A stretch of 64,000 nt of DNA from Antedon mediterranea. Its lineage: Eukaryota > Animalia > Echinodermata. Positions within the stretch are counted from its first letter, which is position 1. Each line of letters opens with the position of its first letter. The DNA lies in assembly GCF_964355755.1 (NCBI RefSeq), contig NC_092677.1:766101-830100 (forward strand). The letters are read 5' to 3'. Below are positions 37,965 to 52,234 of the stretch, one piece after another. The notes under the pieces were generated by a model. The model searched no databases, had not been told where the DNA came from, and saw only the letters and a list, made by a program, of their open reading frames with translations. A program made the translations under genes and the position numbers.

Positions 37965-39130
37965 CTCTCTATGCCCAAGAGGCAGCGAGTAATCAGTAAC
38001 TTCAACCCATGTCATTCTCCTGTATAGGAAAAACAATATCTGGTGTCTAAACACATTTCAATCTTGTTTTTATGTGAGTTATATTATTATAGATATTGTT
38101 CTGAATTTGAATATGCAATGTTGCAATCTCTGTGCACATAATAATCGTTCAATATCTACCAGTATTCAAGTAATGTTAAAAATAAAAAGTAACATTTCAC
38201 AGAAGAAGAAAATACGTTTTGTTTTATACCATTACCTATACTTCATTAGGTCTATACATAATTTCAGTTGTAAATTTTTTTTTTTATATTATTTTTTTTA
38301 TCTATCCAGGTCCACATGAAATTACTAATACAGTAATTTACTCATTTGGAAGAATAATCAATTTATTATCTATGCAAGAGGGGCAGCGAATAATCTGTAA
38401 CTTCAACCCATGTCATTCTCCTGTATAGGAAAAACAATATCTGGTGTCTAAACACATTTTAATTTTGTTTTTATTTCAGTTATATTATTATAAATATTGT
38501 TCTGAATTTGAATATTCTGTGCACATAATAATCTTTCAATATCTACCGGTATTCAAGTAATGTTAAAAATAAAAAGTTGCATTTTACAAAAGAAAAAAAT
38601 ACGTTTTGTTTTATACGATTACCAATACTTCATTAGGTCTATACATAATTTCAGTTTTATAATTGTTTTTTATATTATTTTTTCTATCTATCCAGGTCCA
38701 CATGAAATTATTAATACAGTAATTTACTCATTTGGAAGAATAATCAGTTCATTATCTATGCAACAGGAGCAGCGAATAATCTGTAACTTCAACCCATGTC
38801 ATTCTCCTGTATAGGAGAAACAATATCTGGTGAGTAAACACATTTTAATCTTGTTTTTATGTTAGTTATATTATTATAGATATTGTTTTGAATTTGAATA
38901 TGCAATGTTGCAATCTCTGCACATAATAATCTTTCAATATTTACCGGTATTCAAATAATGTTAAAAATAAAAAGTTATATTTCACAGAAGAAGAAAATAC
39001 GTTTTGTTTTATACGATTACCAATACTTCAGTAGGTATATACATAATTTCAGTTGCATAGTGGTTTTTTATTTTATTTTTTCTATCTATTCAGATTCACA
39101 GTAATTTACTCATTTGCAAGAATAATCAAG
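37965..39130 (+). repeat. ~390-400 bp tandem repeat (about 3 copies) downstream of the RepHel stop
   Basis: TAACTTCAACCCATGTCATTCTCCTGTATAGG recurs at ~37998, ~38398 and ~38785 with colinear flanks. Confidence 0.92.
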
Positions 39131-42100
39131 TTATTTTGTTTTGGTTTTTAGGTGTTTAATAGAATGGTTTCATCTCTTCAACTATAATAGGATCCGAATA
39201 TTTAGGCAGTCATCAATGGAGTCATTCGCTCTTTCATAGCAATTGTCTAAACGCGGCAAATGATTAAATTATTAATTATATTAATGATTGTTAAAAAATA
39301 AGAATCTTCTATAAATAGATTAATAAATATGCGTTTAATTAATCCACAACTAACAAATTAACATGTATATCATGTAGGTAATGTAATGTAAAATTACTGA
39401 TCACCAAATAAACTACTGTAGTATAAACAGCCTACTATAATTTTGAAAATTGTGTACAATTTGCATTAACCAATGAAAACTTTTATAAATGCATACATTT
39501 TATACTTATTATTTGTTTAAAATAAAATATTATTTTTAACAGTTATGGTGTGATGATATTAGTTTTATTAGAACTATTATATCTATTGGAGCAAGTTTCA
39601 CTGTAACTTAAACTCCATTAGATCAAAACACTGAATAATAATAACAATTTATTGTCTCCTCTGCTCTGTAATTCTGTAACTGGTTGTACTGTAGAGTACA
39701 TTATGGTGTATAGCAGAGCTGAAATCACAGGAACAATATTGTTTGATGTTATAAAGAAAACATAAAGGCATGTCCATTTTTGAAAAGTAATTCATCTCAA
39801 CGAGAACATAACAAATTTAATTTAAAAAGAAAATTTGCCACTACGACCTGAGATACGTAATATGTTGAAGTGATGAATTATGACAAAAATACATGAAAAT
39901 CCTACCTTTCTAAATACCTTTCCAATTACTGGCCATAGCATCATCTCATAGCATGACCCATAGAATGACTTCACAGCATCCAATAGGACAATTTTGTCTG
40001 AGCTGCAACATGTTTACATTTTCAGGAAATTCAGGCACATAAAAGTGAGAGGCGCGGTCATTTAAAACCGATGAACTTTTACTGAATTGTGTCTATTTTG
40101 AGTCATACGTCTAGATATACAGTGAAGCACAGAAACAATTACGAGACCCATATTTTATTCACATTTTTTAAATGATGACATCATAAAAATGAAACATGAA
40201 AAAAATTTAAAAGCATAGTTACCTAAAAAATTATCTAAATAATTACATTCTAAAAAGGTAAAGAATTTTGGCCACGTAAAATTAACATGCGCGTTTTTTT
40301 AAACACGACAAACTTTTACGAGAAATGAAAATCCGACTTTTTTTAATTCAACTGGCCATATGAAGACAAAAAGACATCAGATAGAAAAATATGAATATGA
40401 ATCTATATCTAAAATTCATTAGCTCGTCAATCTTATGACAAATTGATACAATCTTATGTTGACCAGAATTAGAGATACGCTGCGAACAAAATTCGTGGAA
40501 AGAAAGAAGAAAATATAAAAAAAAAGATTTGAACTCCTCACTATGAACGAGTTAGGTTATCCACCGCGTAAATGCTACGTGCACATCATACGTTAGAATA
40601 TTGCGCACAGAAAAACGATTATGCCATTGAAAAAAATGTTAGTGCGCTCTCTATTTTGTGTCACGTCAAAATATATACAGTATACACTATATACTGTATA
40701 CGTACTACATACAGTTCAGGATAGGTGAAAATAAGTGACCAAAGTTATTGACGCTTTTAAACATGATGACGTCATCACAATTTTAAAATTTGTAAATTAT
40801 GCGAAAGGTAATTGATTGAGTTAGGCAATATAAAAAAATGGGGGGAAATGGAATATGGATAAGTGGAAATACGCTCTATTAAATGTGACGAGCTATGACG
40901 AAAGAGACAAAAATCCTATATTTCATATTCGAGTGGCCAAACAATGACGTCAGAACGTCCGGTTAGCCATATTAATGCATGATTCGATATCTACAACTCA
41001 TCAACTTCCAGAATATGTAATTTTAAAAAAGTTCACCACGTAGTTTACAATCTATGACTGTTTGAAAAAAGGCATAATTTTGACGAATTTTTGAACTTTT
41101 TTATCAAAAACGCGCGCAAATTGTTCAATTCTACGTGCTCGTATGACGTGATTTTAAGTCGAAATTGATTGAAAATTGTTAAATTTACTAGAAAAAACTG
41201 AAAAACCAAAAATCAAGCAAAAAAGAGATGTTTTTGCGCTACGTGCGCACGCGCGCGTAAAAAATTGCGCACGCCTGGGAATTTTTTAAATGCTCAAAAT
41301 GACCTGAAACGCGTAGAAAGTTGATTAGAAATTGAATTTTCGCATTTTAAAATTTTAAACGCGCGTGCGCGCGTACCTTTCTGTGAAACATGACATTTTT
41401 AATCCATAGCAAGTTTGCCCTTGGTATAACTTAAATTTTCAAGAAGTTTCAATAAAAAATTACTTTTGGCTTTCAATATATGATCAATCATTGAAATTCA
41501 TAAAATCGCGCGTAACTTACGCTGCGCAACTCCAAAATTGTCGAAAAGCTTGGCTGCACATCTACAGCTATAGGTGAATCTTATGACAAATTTATACAAT
41601 CTTATGTTGGCCAGAAGATAGAGATACCCTGCGAACAAAATTCGGGGAAAGAAAGAAGAATAACATAGACTAGATTTGAACTCGTCACTACGGACGAGTT
41701 AGGTTATCCGCAGCGCAAAGGCCACGCGCACGTCATACGTTAAAATATTGCGCGCAGAAAAATGATTAAGTCATTGAAACAATTTCAGTGCGCTCTCTAT
41801 TTTTCGTCACGTCTGAGTATATACGGTATACACTATATACTGTATACGTACTACATACAGTGCAGAATAGGTGAAAATAAGTGACCAAAGTTATTGACGC
41901 TTTTGACCATGATGACGTCATCACAATTTTGAAAATGGTGAATCGTCCGAAAGATAATTGATAGAGCTAGACAACATATAAAAATGGGGGGAAATGGAAT
42001 ACAAATAAGTGGAGATGCGCTATATTAAATGTGACGAGCTACGAGGAAAGAGACAAAAATCATTTATTTTATATTCGAGTGGTCATACGATGACGTCACA

Positions 42101-45100
42101 ATGTCCGGTTAGCCATATTGATGCATGATTTGATATCTGCAACTAATCTACTACCAGAATATGTAATTATAAAAAAGTTCACCACGTAGTTTAGAATCTA
42201 TGACTGTTTAAAATAAGGCATAATTTTGACAAATTTTTGAACTTTTTCATCAAAAATGCGCGTAAATTGTTTAATTCTACGTGCTCGTATGACGTGATTT
42301 TAAGTCGAAATTGTTTGAAAGTTGGTAAATTTTCTAAAAAAGACAGGAAAAACAAAAATCAAGCAAAAAAATGATGTTTTTGCGCTACGTGCGCACGTGC
42401 GCGTAAAAAAATTGCGCACGGGTGGGAATTTTTGAAATGCTCAAAATGACATGAAACGCGTAGAAAGTTGATTAGAAATTGATTTTTCGCATTTTTAAAT
42501 TTTAAACGCGCGTGCGCGCGTAACTTTCTGTGAAACATGGCATTTTCTCTCCATAGAAAGTTAGCGCATGATATAAATTAAACTTTTGCCAAGTTTCAAT
42601 TTAAATGGTTTAATAGTTTTCGATCTAAATTAAATACGCGAAATTCATAAAATCGCGCGTAACTTACGCTGCGCAACTCGAACGGTACCGAAAACCTTAT
42701 TACGACATATTCAGATAGAGATCAATCTTCTGATAAAGTTACAAAATGTTATGTTGAGAAGATTTAGAGATATACGCGCAACAAAATTCTGGGAAAGAAA
42801 GAAGAATAAGAAAGAAAAAAAAAAAAAAAAAAAAAAAAACTAGATTTGAACTCGTCACTTCGGACGAGTTAGGTTATCCGCAGCGCAAAGGCCACGCGCA
42901 CGTCATACGTTAGAATATTGCGCGCAGAAAAACGATTATGCCATTGAAAAAATGTTAGTGCGCTCTCTATTTTGCGTCACGTCAAAGTATATACGGTATA
43001 CACTATATTCTGTATACGTACTACATACAGTGCAGAATAGGTGAAAATAAGGGACCCAAGTTATTGACGCTTTTGGACATGATGACGTCATCACAATTTC
43101 AAAAATGGTAGATTATGCGAAAGATAATTGATTGGCCTAGACAATATATGAAAATGGGGGGAAATGGAATACGGATAAGTGGAGATGCGCTCTATTAAAT
43201 GTGATGAGCTATGCGAAAGAGACAAAAATCCTATATTTTATATTCGAGTGGCCATACGATGACGTCATAATATTCGGTTAGCCATATCAATGCAAGATTC
43301 GATAAATACAACCCATCTACTTCCAGAATATGTAATTTTAAAAAAGTTCACCACGTAGTTTAGAATTTACGACTGTTTTAAGAAAGGCATAATTTTCACA
43401 AATTTTTGAACTTTTTCATGAAAAACGCACGCAAATTGTCCAATTCTACGTGCTCGTATGACGTGATTTTAAGGCAAAATTGATTGAAAATTTGTAAATT
43501 TACTATAAAAGGCTGAAAAAACAAAAATCAAGCAAAAAAATGATGTTTTTGTGCTACGTGCGCACGTGCGCGTAAAAAAATTGCGCACGCATGGGAATTT
43601 TTTTAATGCTAAAAATGACATGAAACGCGTAGAAAGTTGATTAGAAATTGATTTTTCGCATTTTGAAATTTTAAACGCGCGTGCGCGCGTAATTTTTTTG
43701 AAACATGCCATTTTTAATCCATAGAAAGTTTGCCCTTGATATAACTTAAATTTTCACTAAGGGTCAATACAAAATGACTTTTAGTTTTTAATCTATGATC
43801 AATCATTGAAATTCATAAAATCGCGCGTAACTTACGCTGCGCAACTCGGACGTGACCGAAAACCTTATTACGACATCTTCAGATAGAGGTCAATCTTCTG
43901 CTAAAGTTATATAATGTTATGTTTAGAAGATTTAGAGATACACTAGCAACAAAATTCTGGGAAAGAAAGAAGAACATAGAAAAAAAAACTAGATTTGAAC
44001 TCGTCACTACGGACGAGTTAGGTTATCCGCAGCGCAAAAGCCACGTGCACGTCATACGTTAGAATATTGCGTGCAGAAAAACGATTATGCCACTGAAAAA
44101 AATGTTAGTGCGCCCTCTATTTTGTGTCACGTCTAAGTATATACGGTATACACTATATACTGTATACGTACTACATACAGTGCAGAATAGGTGAAAATAA
44201 GTGACCAAAGTTATTGACGCTTTTGGACATGATGACGTCATAACAATTTTAAAAATGGTGAATAAATCGAAAGATAATTGATTGACCTAGACAATATATA
44301 AAAATGGGGGGAAATGGAATACGGATAAGTGGAGATGCGCTCAATTAAATGTGATGAGCTATGACGAAAGAGACAAAAATCCTATATTTGATATTCGTGT
44401 GGCCATACGATGACGTCACAATGTCCGATTAGCCAAATCGATGATTGATTTGATATCTACAACTCATCTACATTCAGAATGTGTAATTTAAAAAAAGTTC
44501 ACCACGTAGTTTAGAATCTATGACTGTTTAAAAAAAGGCATAATTTTGACAAATTTTTGAACTTTTTCATCAAAAATGCGCGTAAATTGTTTAATTCTAC
44601 GTGCTCGTATGACGTGATTTTAAGTTGAAATTGTTTGAAAGTTGGTAAATTTACTAAAAAAGACAGGAAAAACAAAAATCAAGCAAAAAAAATGATGTTT
44701 TTGCGCTACGTGCGCACGCGCGCGTAAAAAAATTGCGCACGCGTGGGAATTTTTGAAATGCTCAAAATGACATGAAACGCGTAGAAAGTTGATTAGAAAT
44801 TGATTTTTCGCATTTTTAAATTTTAAACACGCGTGCGCGCGTAACTTTTTGTCAAACATGCAATTTTTAATCCATAGAAACTTTGCGCATTATATGACTT
44901 AAATTTTCACCAAGTTTCAATACAAAAAAACTTTTAGTTTTTATTCTATGATCAATCATTGAAATACATAAAATCGGGCGTAACTTACGCTGCGCAACTC
45001 GGACGCGACTGAAAACCTTATTACGACATCTTCAGATAGAGGTCAATCTTCTGATAAAGTTATACAATGTTATGTTAAGAAGATTTAGAGATACACTAGC

Positions 45101-45154
45101 AACAAAATTTGTGGAAAGAAAGAAGAAAATAGAAAAAAAAAGAGAAAAAGAAAA

Positions 45155-48100
45155 CTAGACATGTAACTCGTCACTTTGACGAGTTTGGTTATCCGCCGCG
45201 CAAGTGGTGCAACATTAACATTAAGGGGATAGGTTGAGGACAAAAGGAAGTGTTCACGTTGGCATTATGATCTGAACTGAAGAATATGATATGTTGTTAT
45301 TGCTGAATTTTATTATTTAAATTCATATATAGTATACACAGTATATTCTGTATCCATATCACATACAGTGACATACAGTGTAGAATAGGTGAAATTACGG
45401 GACCTGCTATTTATTGCAATTTTTAACATGTTGACGGTTTTAAAATAAAACGCGAAGGTAGCAATTCCGAAAGGAAATTATATCAGCAACAACGTATTAG
45501 CGTGTAGAAGAAATTTGAATACGTGAAATATTGATGCGCGCTCTTTTAAATGTAATGAATTATGACGCAAAAGATGAAAATACGACCTTTTTTATTTAAC
45601 TGGCCATATGATGACGTCACAACATCCGATTGGCAACATTTTTACATAATTTCGTATCTACAATCCAATAGCTTCCAGAAAAAGTTTTAATCGTGATTAT
45701 CACATTTTATTCTTACGAGCTATAACAGATTAAAATTTACTGTAAAGATGAAATTGATGCCACACGTGATTTAAATTTTTAGGCATGATGACGTCAAAAA
45801 AATTAAAATATTTTTAACTCATGCGAAAGATAGTTGATTGACCTAGACAATATCAAAATCAGGGTGAAAATGGAAAACGAATAAGTGGAGATGCGCTCTA
45901 TTCAATGTGATGAGTTATGACGAAAGATACAAAAATCCTAAATTTTATATTCGCGTGGCCATACGATGACGTCACAATGTCCGGTTAGCCATATTAATAC
46001 CTGATCCGATATCTACAACTCATCTACTTCCAGAATATGTCATTCACAAAAAGTTGACCGTCTAGTTTAGAAATTACGACTGTTTAAAAAAAGGCATATT
46101 TTAAACGAATTTTTTAACCTTTTCATAAAAAACGCGCGCAAATTGTCCAATTTGACGTGCTCGTATGACGTATCTTTAAGTCGAAATTGTTTAAAATTTG
46201 GTAAAATTGCTAGAAAACATAAATCACGCGAAAAAAATACGTTTTCAATGCTACGTGCGCACCGCACACGTAAAAATGTGCGCACGCGTGGGAATTTTTG
46301 ACATGCTTAAAACGACATGAAACGCGTAGAAAGTTGATTATAAATTAATTTTGCGCATTTTGAAATTTTAAATACGCGTGCGCGCGTAACTTTGTGTAAA
46401 ACACGCAATTTTTTTTCAACAGAAAGTTAGCGCATGATATAAATTAAACTTTTGCAAAGTTTCACTTTAAAATGTTATTTGGTTTTCGACATATGTTAGA
46501 TACGAGAAAATCGTTAAATCGCGCGTACGTCACGTTGCGCAATTGTAAACATCATGAAAAGCTTCGCTTGACGACGTTACATAAATGTCAAAATGTTAAC
46601 ATAGTTACCGAAATGTTATGTTTGCGAGTTTTAGAGAAAAGCGTTACACAAAAATCATACAGAAAGAAAGAAGAAGAACTAGACATGTAACTCGTCACTT
46701 TGACGAGTTTGGTTATCCGCCGCGCAAGTGGTGCAACATTAACATTAAGGGGATAGGTTGAGGACAAAAGGAAGTGTTCACGTTGGCATTATGACCTGAA
46801 CTGAAGAATATGATATGTTGTTATTGCTGAATTTTATTGTTTAAATTCATATATAGTATACACAGTATAATCTGTATCCATATCACATACAGTGTAGAAT
46901 AGGTGAAATTACGGGACCCGCTATTTATTGCAATTTTTAACATGTTGACGGTTTTAAAATGAAACGCGAAGTTAGCAATTCCGAAAGGAAATTATCTCAG
47001 CAACAACGTATTAGCGTGTAGAAGAAATTTGAATACGTGAAATATTTATGCGCGCTCTTTTAAATGTAATGAATTATGACGCAAAAGATGAAAATACGAC
47101 CTTTTTTATTTAACTGGCCATATGATGACGTCACAACATCCGATTGGCAACATTTTTACATAATTTCGTATCTACAATCCAATAGCTTCCAGAAAAAGTT
47201 TTAATCGTGATTATCACATTTTATTCTTACGAGCTATAACAGATTAAAATTTACTGTAAAGTTGAAATTGATGCCACACGTGATTTAAATTTTTAGGCAT
47301 GATGACGTCAAAAAAATTAAAATATTTTTAACTCATGCGAAAGATAGTTGATTGACCTAGACAATATCAAAATCGGGGTGAAAATGGAGAACGGATAAGT
47401 GGAGATGCGCTCTATTCAATGTGATGAGCTATGACGAAAGATACAAAAATCCTAAATTTCATATTCGCGTGGCCATACAATGACGTCACAATGTCCGGTT
47501 AGCCATATTAATACCTGATCCGATATCTACAACTCATCTACTTCCAGAATATGTCATCCACAAAAATTTGACCGTCTAGTTTAGAAATTACGACTGTTTA
47601 AAAAAAGGCATATTTTAAACGAATTTTTTAACCTTTTCATAAAAAACGCGCGCAAATTGTCCAATTCGACGTGCTCGTATGACGTATCTTTAAGTCGAAG
47701 TTGTTTAAAATTTGGTAAAATTACTAGAAAAGGCTGGAAAAACATAAATCACGCGAAAAAAATACGTTTTCAATGCTACGTGCGCACCGCACACGTAGAA
47801 ATGTGCGCACGCGTGGGAATTTTTGACATGCTTAAAACGACATGAAACGCGTAGAAAGTTGATTATAAATTAATTTTGCGCATTTTGAAATTTTAAATGC
47901 GCGTGCGCGCGTAACTTTGTGTAAAACACGCAATTTTTTTTCAACAGAAAGTTAGCGCATGATATAAATTAAACTTTTGCAAATTTTCAAGTTGAAATGT
48001 TATATGGTTGTCGAGCTATGTTAAATACGACAAAATCGTTAAATCGCGCGTAAGTCACGTTGCGCAATTGTAAACGTCATGAAAAGCTTCGCTTGACGAC

Positions 48101-49807
48101 GTTACGTAAATGTCAATATGTTAAGATAGTTACCGAAATGTTATGTTTGCAAGTTTTGGAGAAAAGCGTTACACAAAAATCATACAGAAAGAAAGAAGAA
48201 GAACTAGACATGTAACTCGTCACTTTGACGAGTTTGGTTATCCGCCGCGCAAGTGGTGCAACATTAACATTAAGGGGATAGGTTGAGGACAAAAGGAAGT
48301 GTTCACGTTGGCATTATGACCTGAACTGAAGAATATGATATGTTGTTATTGCTGAATTTTATTGTTTAAATTCATATATAGTATACACAGTATAATCTGT
48401 ATCCATATCACATACAGTGTAGAATAGGTGAAATTACGGGACCCGCTATTTATTGCAATTTTTAACATGTTGACGGTTTTAAAATGAAACGGGAAGGTAG
48501 CAATTCCGAAAGGAAATTATCTCAGCAACAACGTATTAGCGTGTAGAAGAAATTTGAATACGTGAAATATTGATGCGCGCTCTTTTAAATGTAATGAATT
48601 ATGACGCAAAAGATGGAAATACGACCTTTTTTATTTAACTGGCCATATGATGACGTCACAACATCCGATTGGCAACATTTTTACATAATTTCGTATCTAC
48701 AATCCAATAGCTTCCAGAAAAAGTTTTAATCGTGATTATCACATTTTATTCTTACGAGCTATAACAGATTAAAATTTACTGTAAAGATGAAATTGATGCC
48801 ACACGTGATTTAAATTTTTAGGCATGATGACGTCAAAAAAATTAAAATATTTTAACTCATGCGAAAGATAGTTGATTGACCTAGACAATATCAAAATCCG
48901 GGTGAAAATGGAAAACGGATAAGTGGAGATGCGCTCTATTCAATGTGATGAGCTATGACGAAAGATACAAAAATCCTAAATTTTATATTCGCGTGGCCAT
49001 ACGATGACGTCACAATGTCCGGTTAGCCATATTAATACCTGATCCGATATCTACAACTCATCTACTTCCAGAATATGCCATCCACAAAAATTTGACCGTC
49101 TAGTTTAGAAATTACGACTGTTTAAAAAAAGGCATATTTTAAACGAATTTGTTAACCTTTTCATAAAAAACGCGCGCAAATTGTCCAATTCGACGTGCTC
49201 GTATGACGTATCTTTAAGTCGAAATTGTTTAAAATTTGGTAAAATTACATGAAAAGGCTGGAAAAACATAAATCACTCGAAAAAAATACCTTTTCAATGC
49301 TACGTGCGCACCGCACACGTAAAAATGTGCGCACGCGTGGGAATTTTTGACATGCTTAAAACGACATGAAACGCGTAGAAAGTTGATTATAAATTAGTTT
49401 CGCGCATTTTGAAATTTCAAATGCGCGTGCGCGCGTAACTTTGTGTAAAACACGCAATTTTTTTTCAACAGAAAGTTAGCGCATGATATAAATTAAACTT
49501 TTGCAAAGTTTCACTTTAAAATGTTATTTGGTTTTCGACATATGTTAAATACGAGAAAATCGTTAAATCGCGCGTACGTCACGTTGCGCAATTGTAAACA
49601 TCATGAAAAGCTTCGCTTGACGACGTTACATAAATGTCAAAATGTTAACATAGTTAACAAAATGTTATGTTTGCAAGTTTCAGAGAAAAGCGTTACACAA
49701 AAATCATACAGAAAGAAAGAAGAAGAATAAAAAGTTGATGATGATGATGATGATGATGATTTCGTACAATCACAAGAGGTTATCCTGCAACTTCGTTGCG
49801 GATAACC
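45155..49807 (-). mobile_element. Family-E trimer (three ~1525-bp bodies, one head) inserted in D5
   Basis: CTAGACATGTAACTCGTCACTTTGACGAGTTTGGTTATCCGCCGCGC three times; (GAT)n tract, then head GGTTATCCtGCAAC-ttc-GTTGCGGATAACC. Confidence 0.87.
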
Positions 49808-51015
49808 AAATAAAAAAAAAAAGATCCTGACAATAACAAGGGGTTATCCGCCAAGTGCGGATAACCAACTAGATTTGAACTCGTCACTACGGACGAGTTA
49901 GGTTATCCGCAGCGCAAAGGCCACGCGCACGTCATACGTTAAAATATTGCGCGCAGAAAAACGATTAAGTCATTGAAACAATTTCAGTGCGCTCTCTATT
50001 TTTCGTCACGTCTGAGTATATACGGTATACACTATATACTGTATACGTACTACATACAGTGCAGAATAGGTGAAAATAAGTGACCAAAGTTATTGACGCT
50101 TTTGAACATGATGACGTCATCACAATTTTGAAAATGGTGAATCGTCCGAAAGATAATTGATAGAGCTAGACAACATAAAAAAATGGGGGGAAATGGAATA
50201 CAAATAAGTGGAGATGCGCTATATTAAATGTGACGAGCTACGAGGAAAGAGACAAAAATCATTTATTTTATATTCGAGTGGTCATACGATGACGTCACAA
50301 TGTCCGGTTAGCCATATTGATGCATGATTTGATATCTGCAACTAATCTACTAACAGAATATGTAATTATAAAAAAGTTCACCACGTAGTTTAGAATCTAT
50401 GATTGTTTAAAAAAAGGCATAATTTTGACAAATTTTTGAACTTTTTCATCAAAAATGCGCGTAAATTGTTTAATTCTACGTGCTCGTATGACGTGATTTT
50501 AAGTCGAAATTGTTTGAAAGTTGGTAAATTTTCTAAAAAAGACAGGAAAAACAAAAATTAAGCAAAAAAATGATGTTTTTGCGCTACGTGCGCACGTGCG
50601 CGTAAAAAAATTGCGCACGCGTGGGAATTTTTGAAATGCTCAAAATGACATGAAACGCGTAGAAAGTTGATTAGAAATTGATTTTTCCCATTTTGAAATT
50701 TTAAACACGCGTGCGCGCGTAACTTTATGTGAAACATGCCATTTTCTCTCCATAGAAAGTTAGCGCATGATATAAATTAAACTTTTGCCAAGTTTCAATT
50801 TAAATGGTTTAATAGTTTTCGATCTAAATTAAATACGCGAAATTCATAAAATCGCGCGTAACTTACGCTGCGCAACTCAAACGGTACCGAAAACCTTATT
50901 ACGACATATTCAGATAGAGATCAATCTTCTGATAAAGTTACAAAATGTTATGTTGAGAAGATTTAGAGATATACGCGCAACAAAATTCTGGGAAAGAAAG
51001 AAGAATAAGAAAGAA

Positions 51016-52234
51016 CTAGATTTGAACTCGTCACTACGGACGAGTTAGGTTATCCGCAGCGCAAAAGCCACGTGCACGTCATACGTTAGAATATTGCGTG
51101 CAGAAAAACGATTATGCCACTGAAAAAAATGTTAGTGCGCCCTCTATTTTGTGTCACGTTTAAGTATATACGGTATACACTATTATACTGTATACGTACT
51201 ACATACAGTGTAGAATAGGTGAAAATAAGTGACCAAAGTTATTGACGCTTTTGGACATGATGACGTCATAACAATTTTAAAAATGGTAAATCAATCGAAA
51301 GATAATTGATTGACCTAGACAATATATAAAAATGGGGGAAAATGGAATACGGATAAGTGGAGATGCGCTCTATTAAATGTGATGAGCAATGACGAAAGAG
51401 ACAAAAATCCTATCTTTGATATTCGTGTGGCCATACGATGACGTCACAATGTCCGGTTAGCCAAATCGATGCATGATTCGATATCTACAACTCATCTACA
51501 TTCAGAATATGTAATTTTAAAAAAGTTCACCACGTAGTTTAGAATCTATGACTGTTTAAAAAAAGGCATAATTTTGACAAATTTTTGAACTTTTTCATAA
51601 AAAATGCGCGTAAATTGTTTAATTCTACGTGCTCGTATGACGTGATTTTAAGTTGAAATTGTTTGAAAGTTGGTAAATTTACTAAAAAAGACAGGAAAAA
51701 CAAAAATCAAGCAAAAAAATGATGTTTTTGCGCTACGTGCGCACGCGCGCGTAAAAAATTGCGCACGCGTTGGAATTTTTGAAATGCTCAAAATGACATG
51801 AAACGCGTAGAAAGTTGATTAGAAATTGATTTTTCGCATTTTGAAATTTCAAACGCGCGTGCGCGCGTAACTTTTTGTGAAGCATGCAATTTTTAATCCA
51901 TAGAAAGTTTGCGCATTATATGACTTAAATTTTCACCAAGTTTCAATACAAACAAACTTTTAGGTTTTATTCTATGATCAATCATTGAAATTCATAAAAT
52001 CGCGCGTAACTTACGCTGCGCAACTCGGACACGACTGAAAACCTTATTACGACATCTTCAGATAGAGGTCAATCTTCTGATAAAGTTATACAATGTTATG
52101 TTAAGAAGATTTAGAGATACACTAGCAACAAAATTTGTGGAAAGAAAGAAGAAAATAGAAAAAAAAAGAGAAAAAGAAAAATAAAAAAAAGATCCTGACA
52201 ATAACAAGGGGTTATCCGCCAAGTGCGGATAACC
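51016..52234 (-). mobile_element. Complete family-D element (D7), near-identical to D5 but without the E insertion
   Basis: Uninterrupted tract GAGAAAAAGAAAAATAAAAAAAA then head GATCCTGAC...GCGGATAACC. Confidence 0.88.

Larger units (their letters stand above)
29493..40525 (+). mobile_element. Autonomous-type Helentron (Helitron2 with endonuclease), 5'-interrupted
   Basis: Rep + PIF1 helicase + AP endonuclease polyprotein, 3' tandem repeats, then sequence homologous to the C/D bodies (~39850-40525) ending in the same GAAAGAAAGAAGAA tract. Exact boundaries uncertain. Confidence 0.85.
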
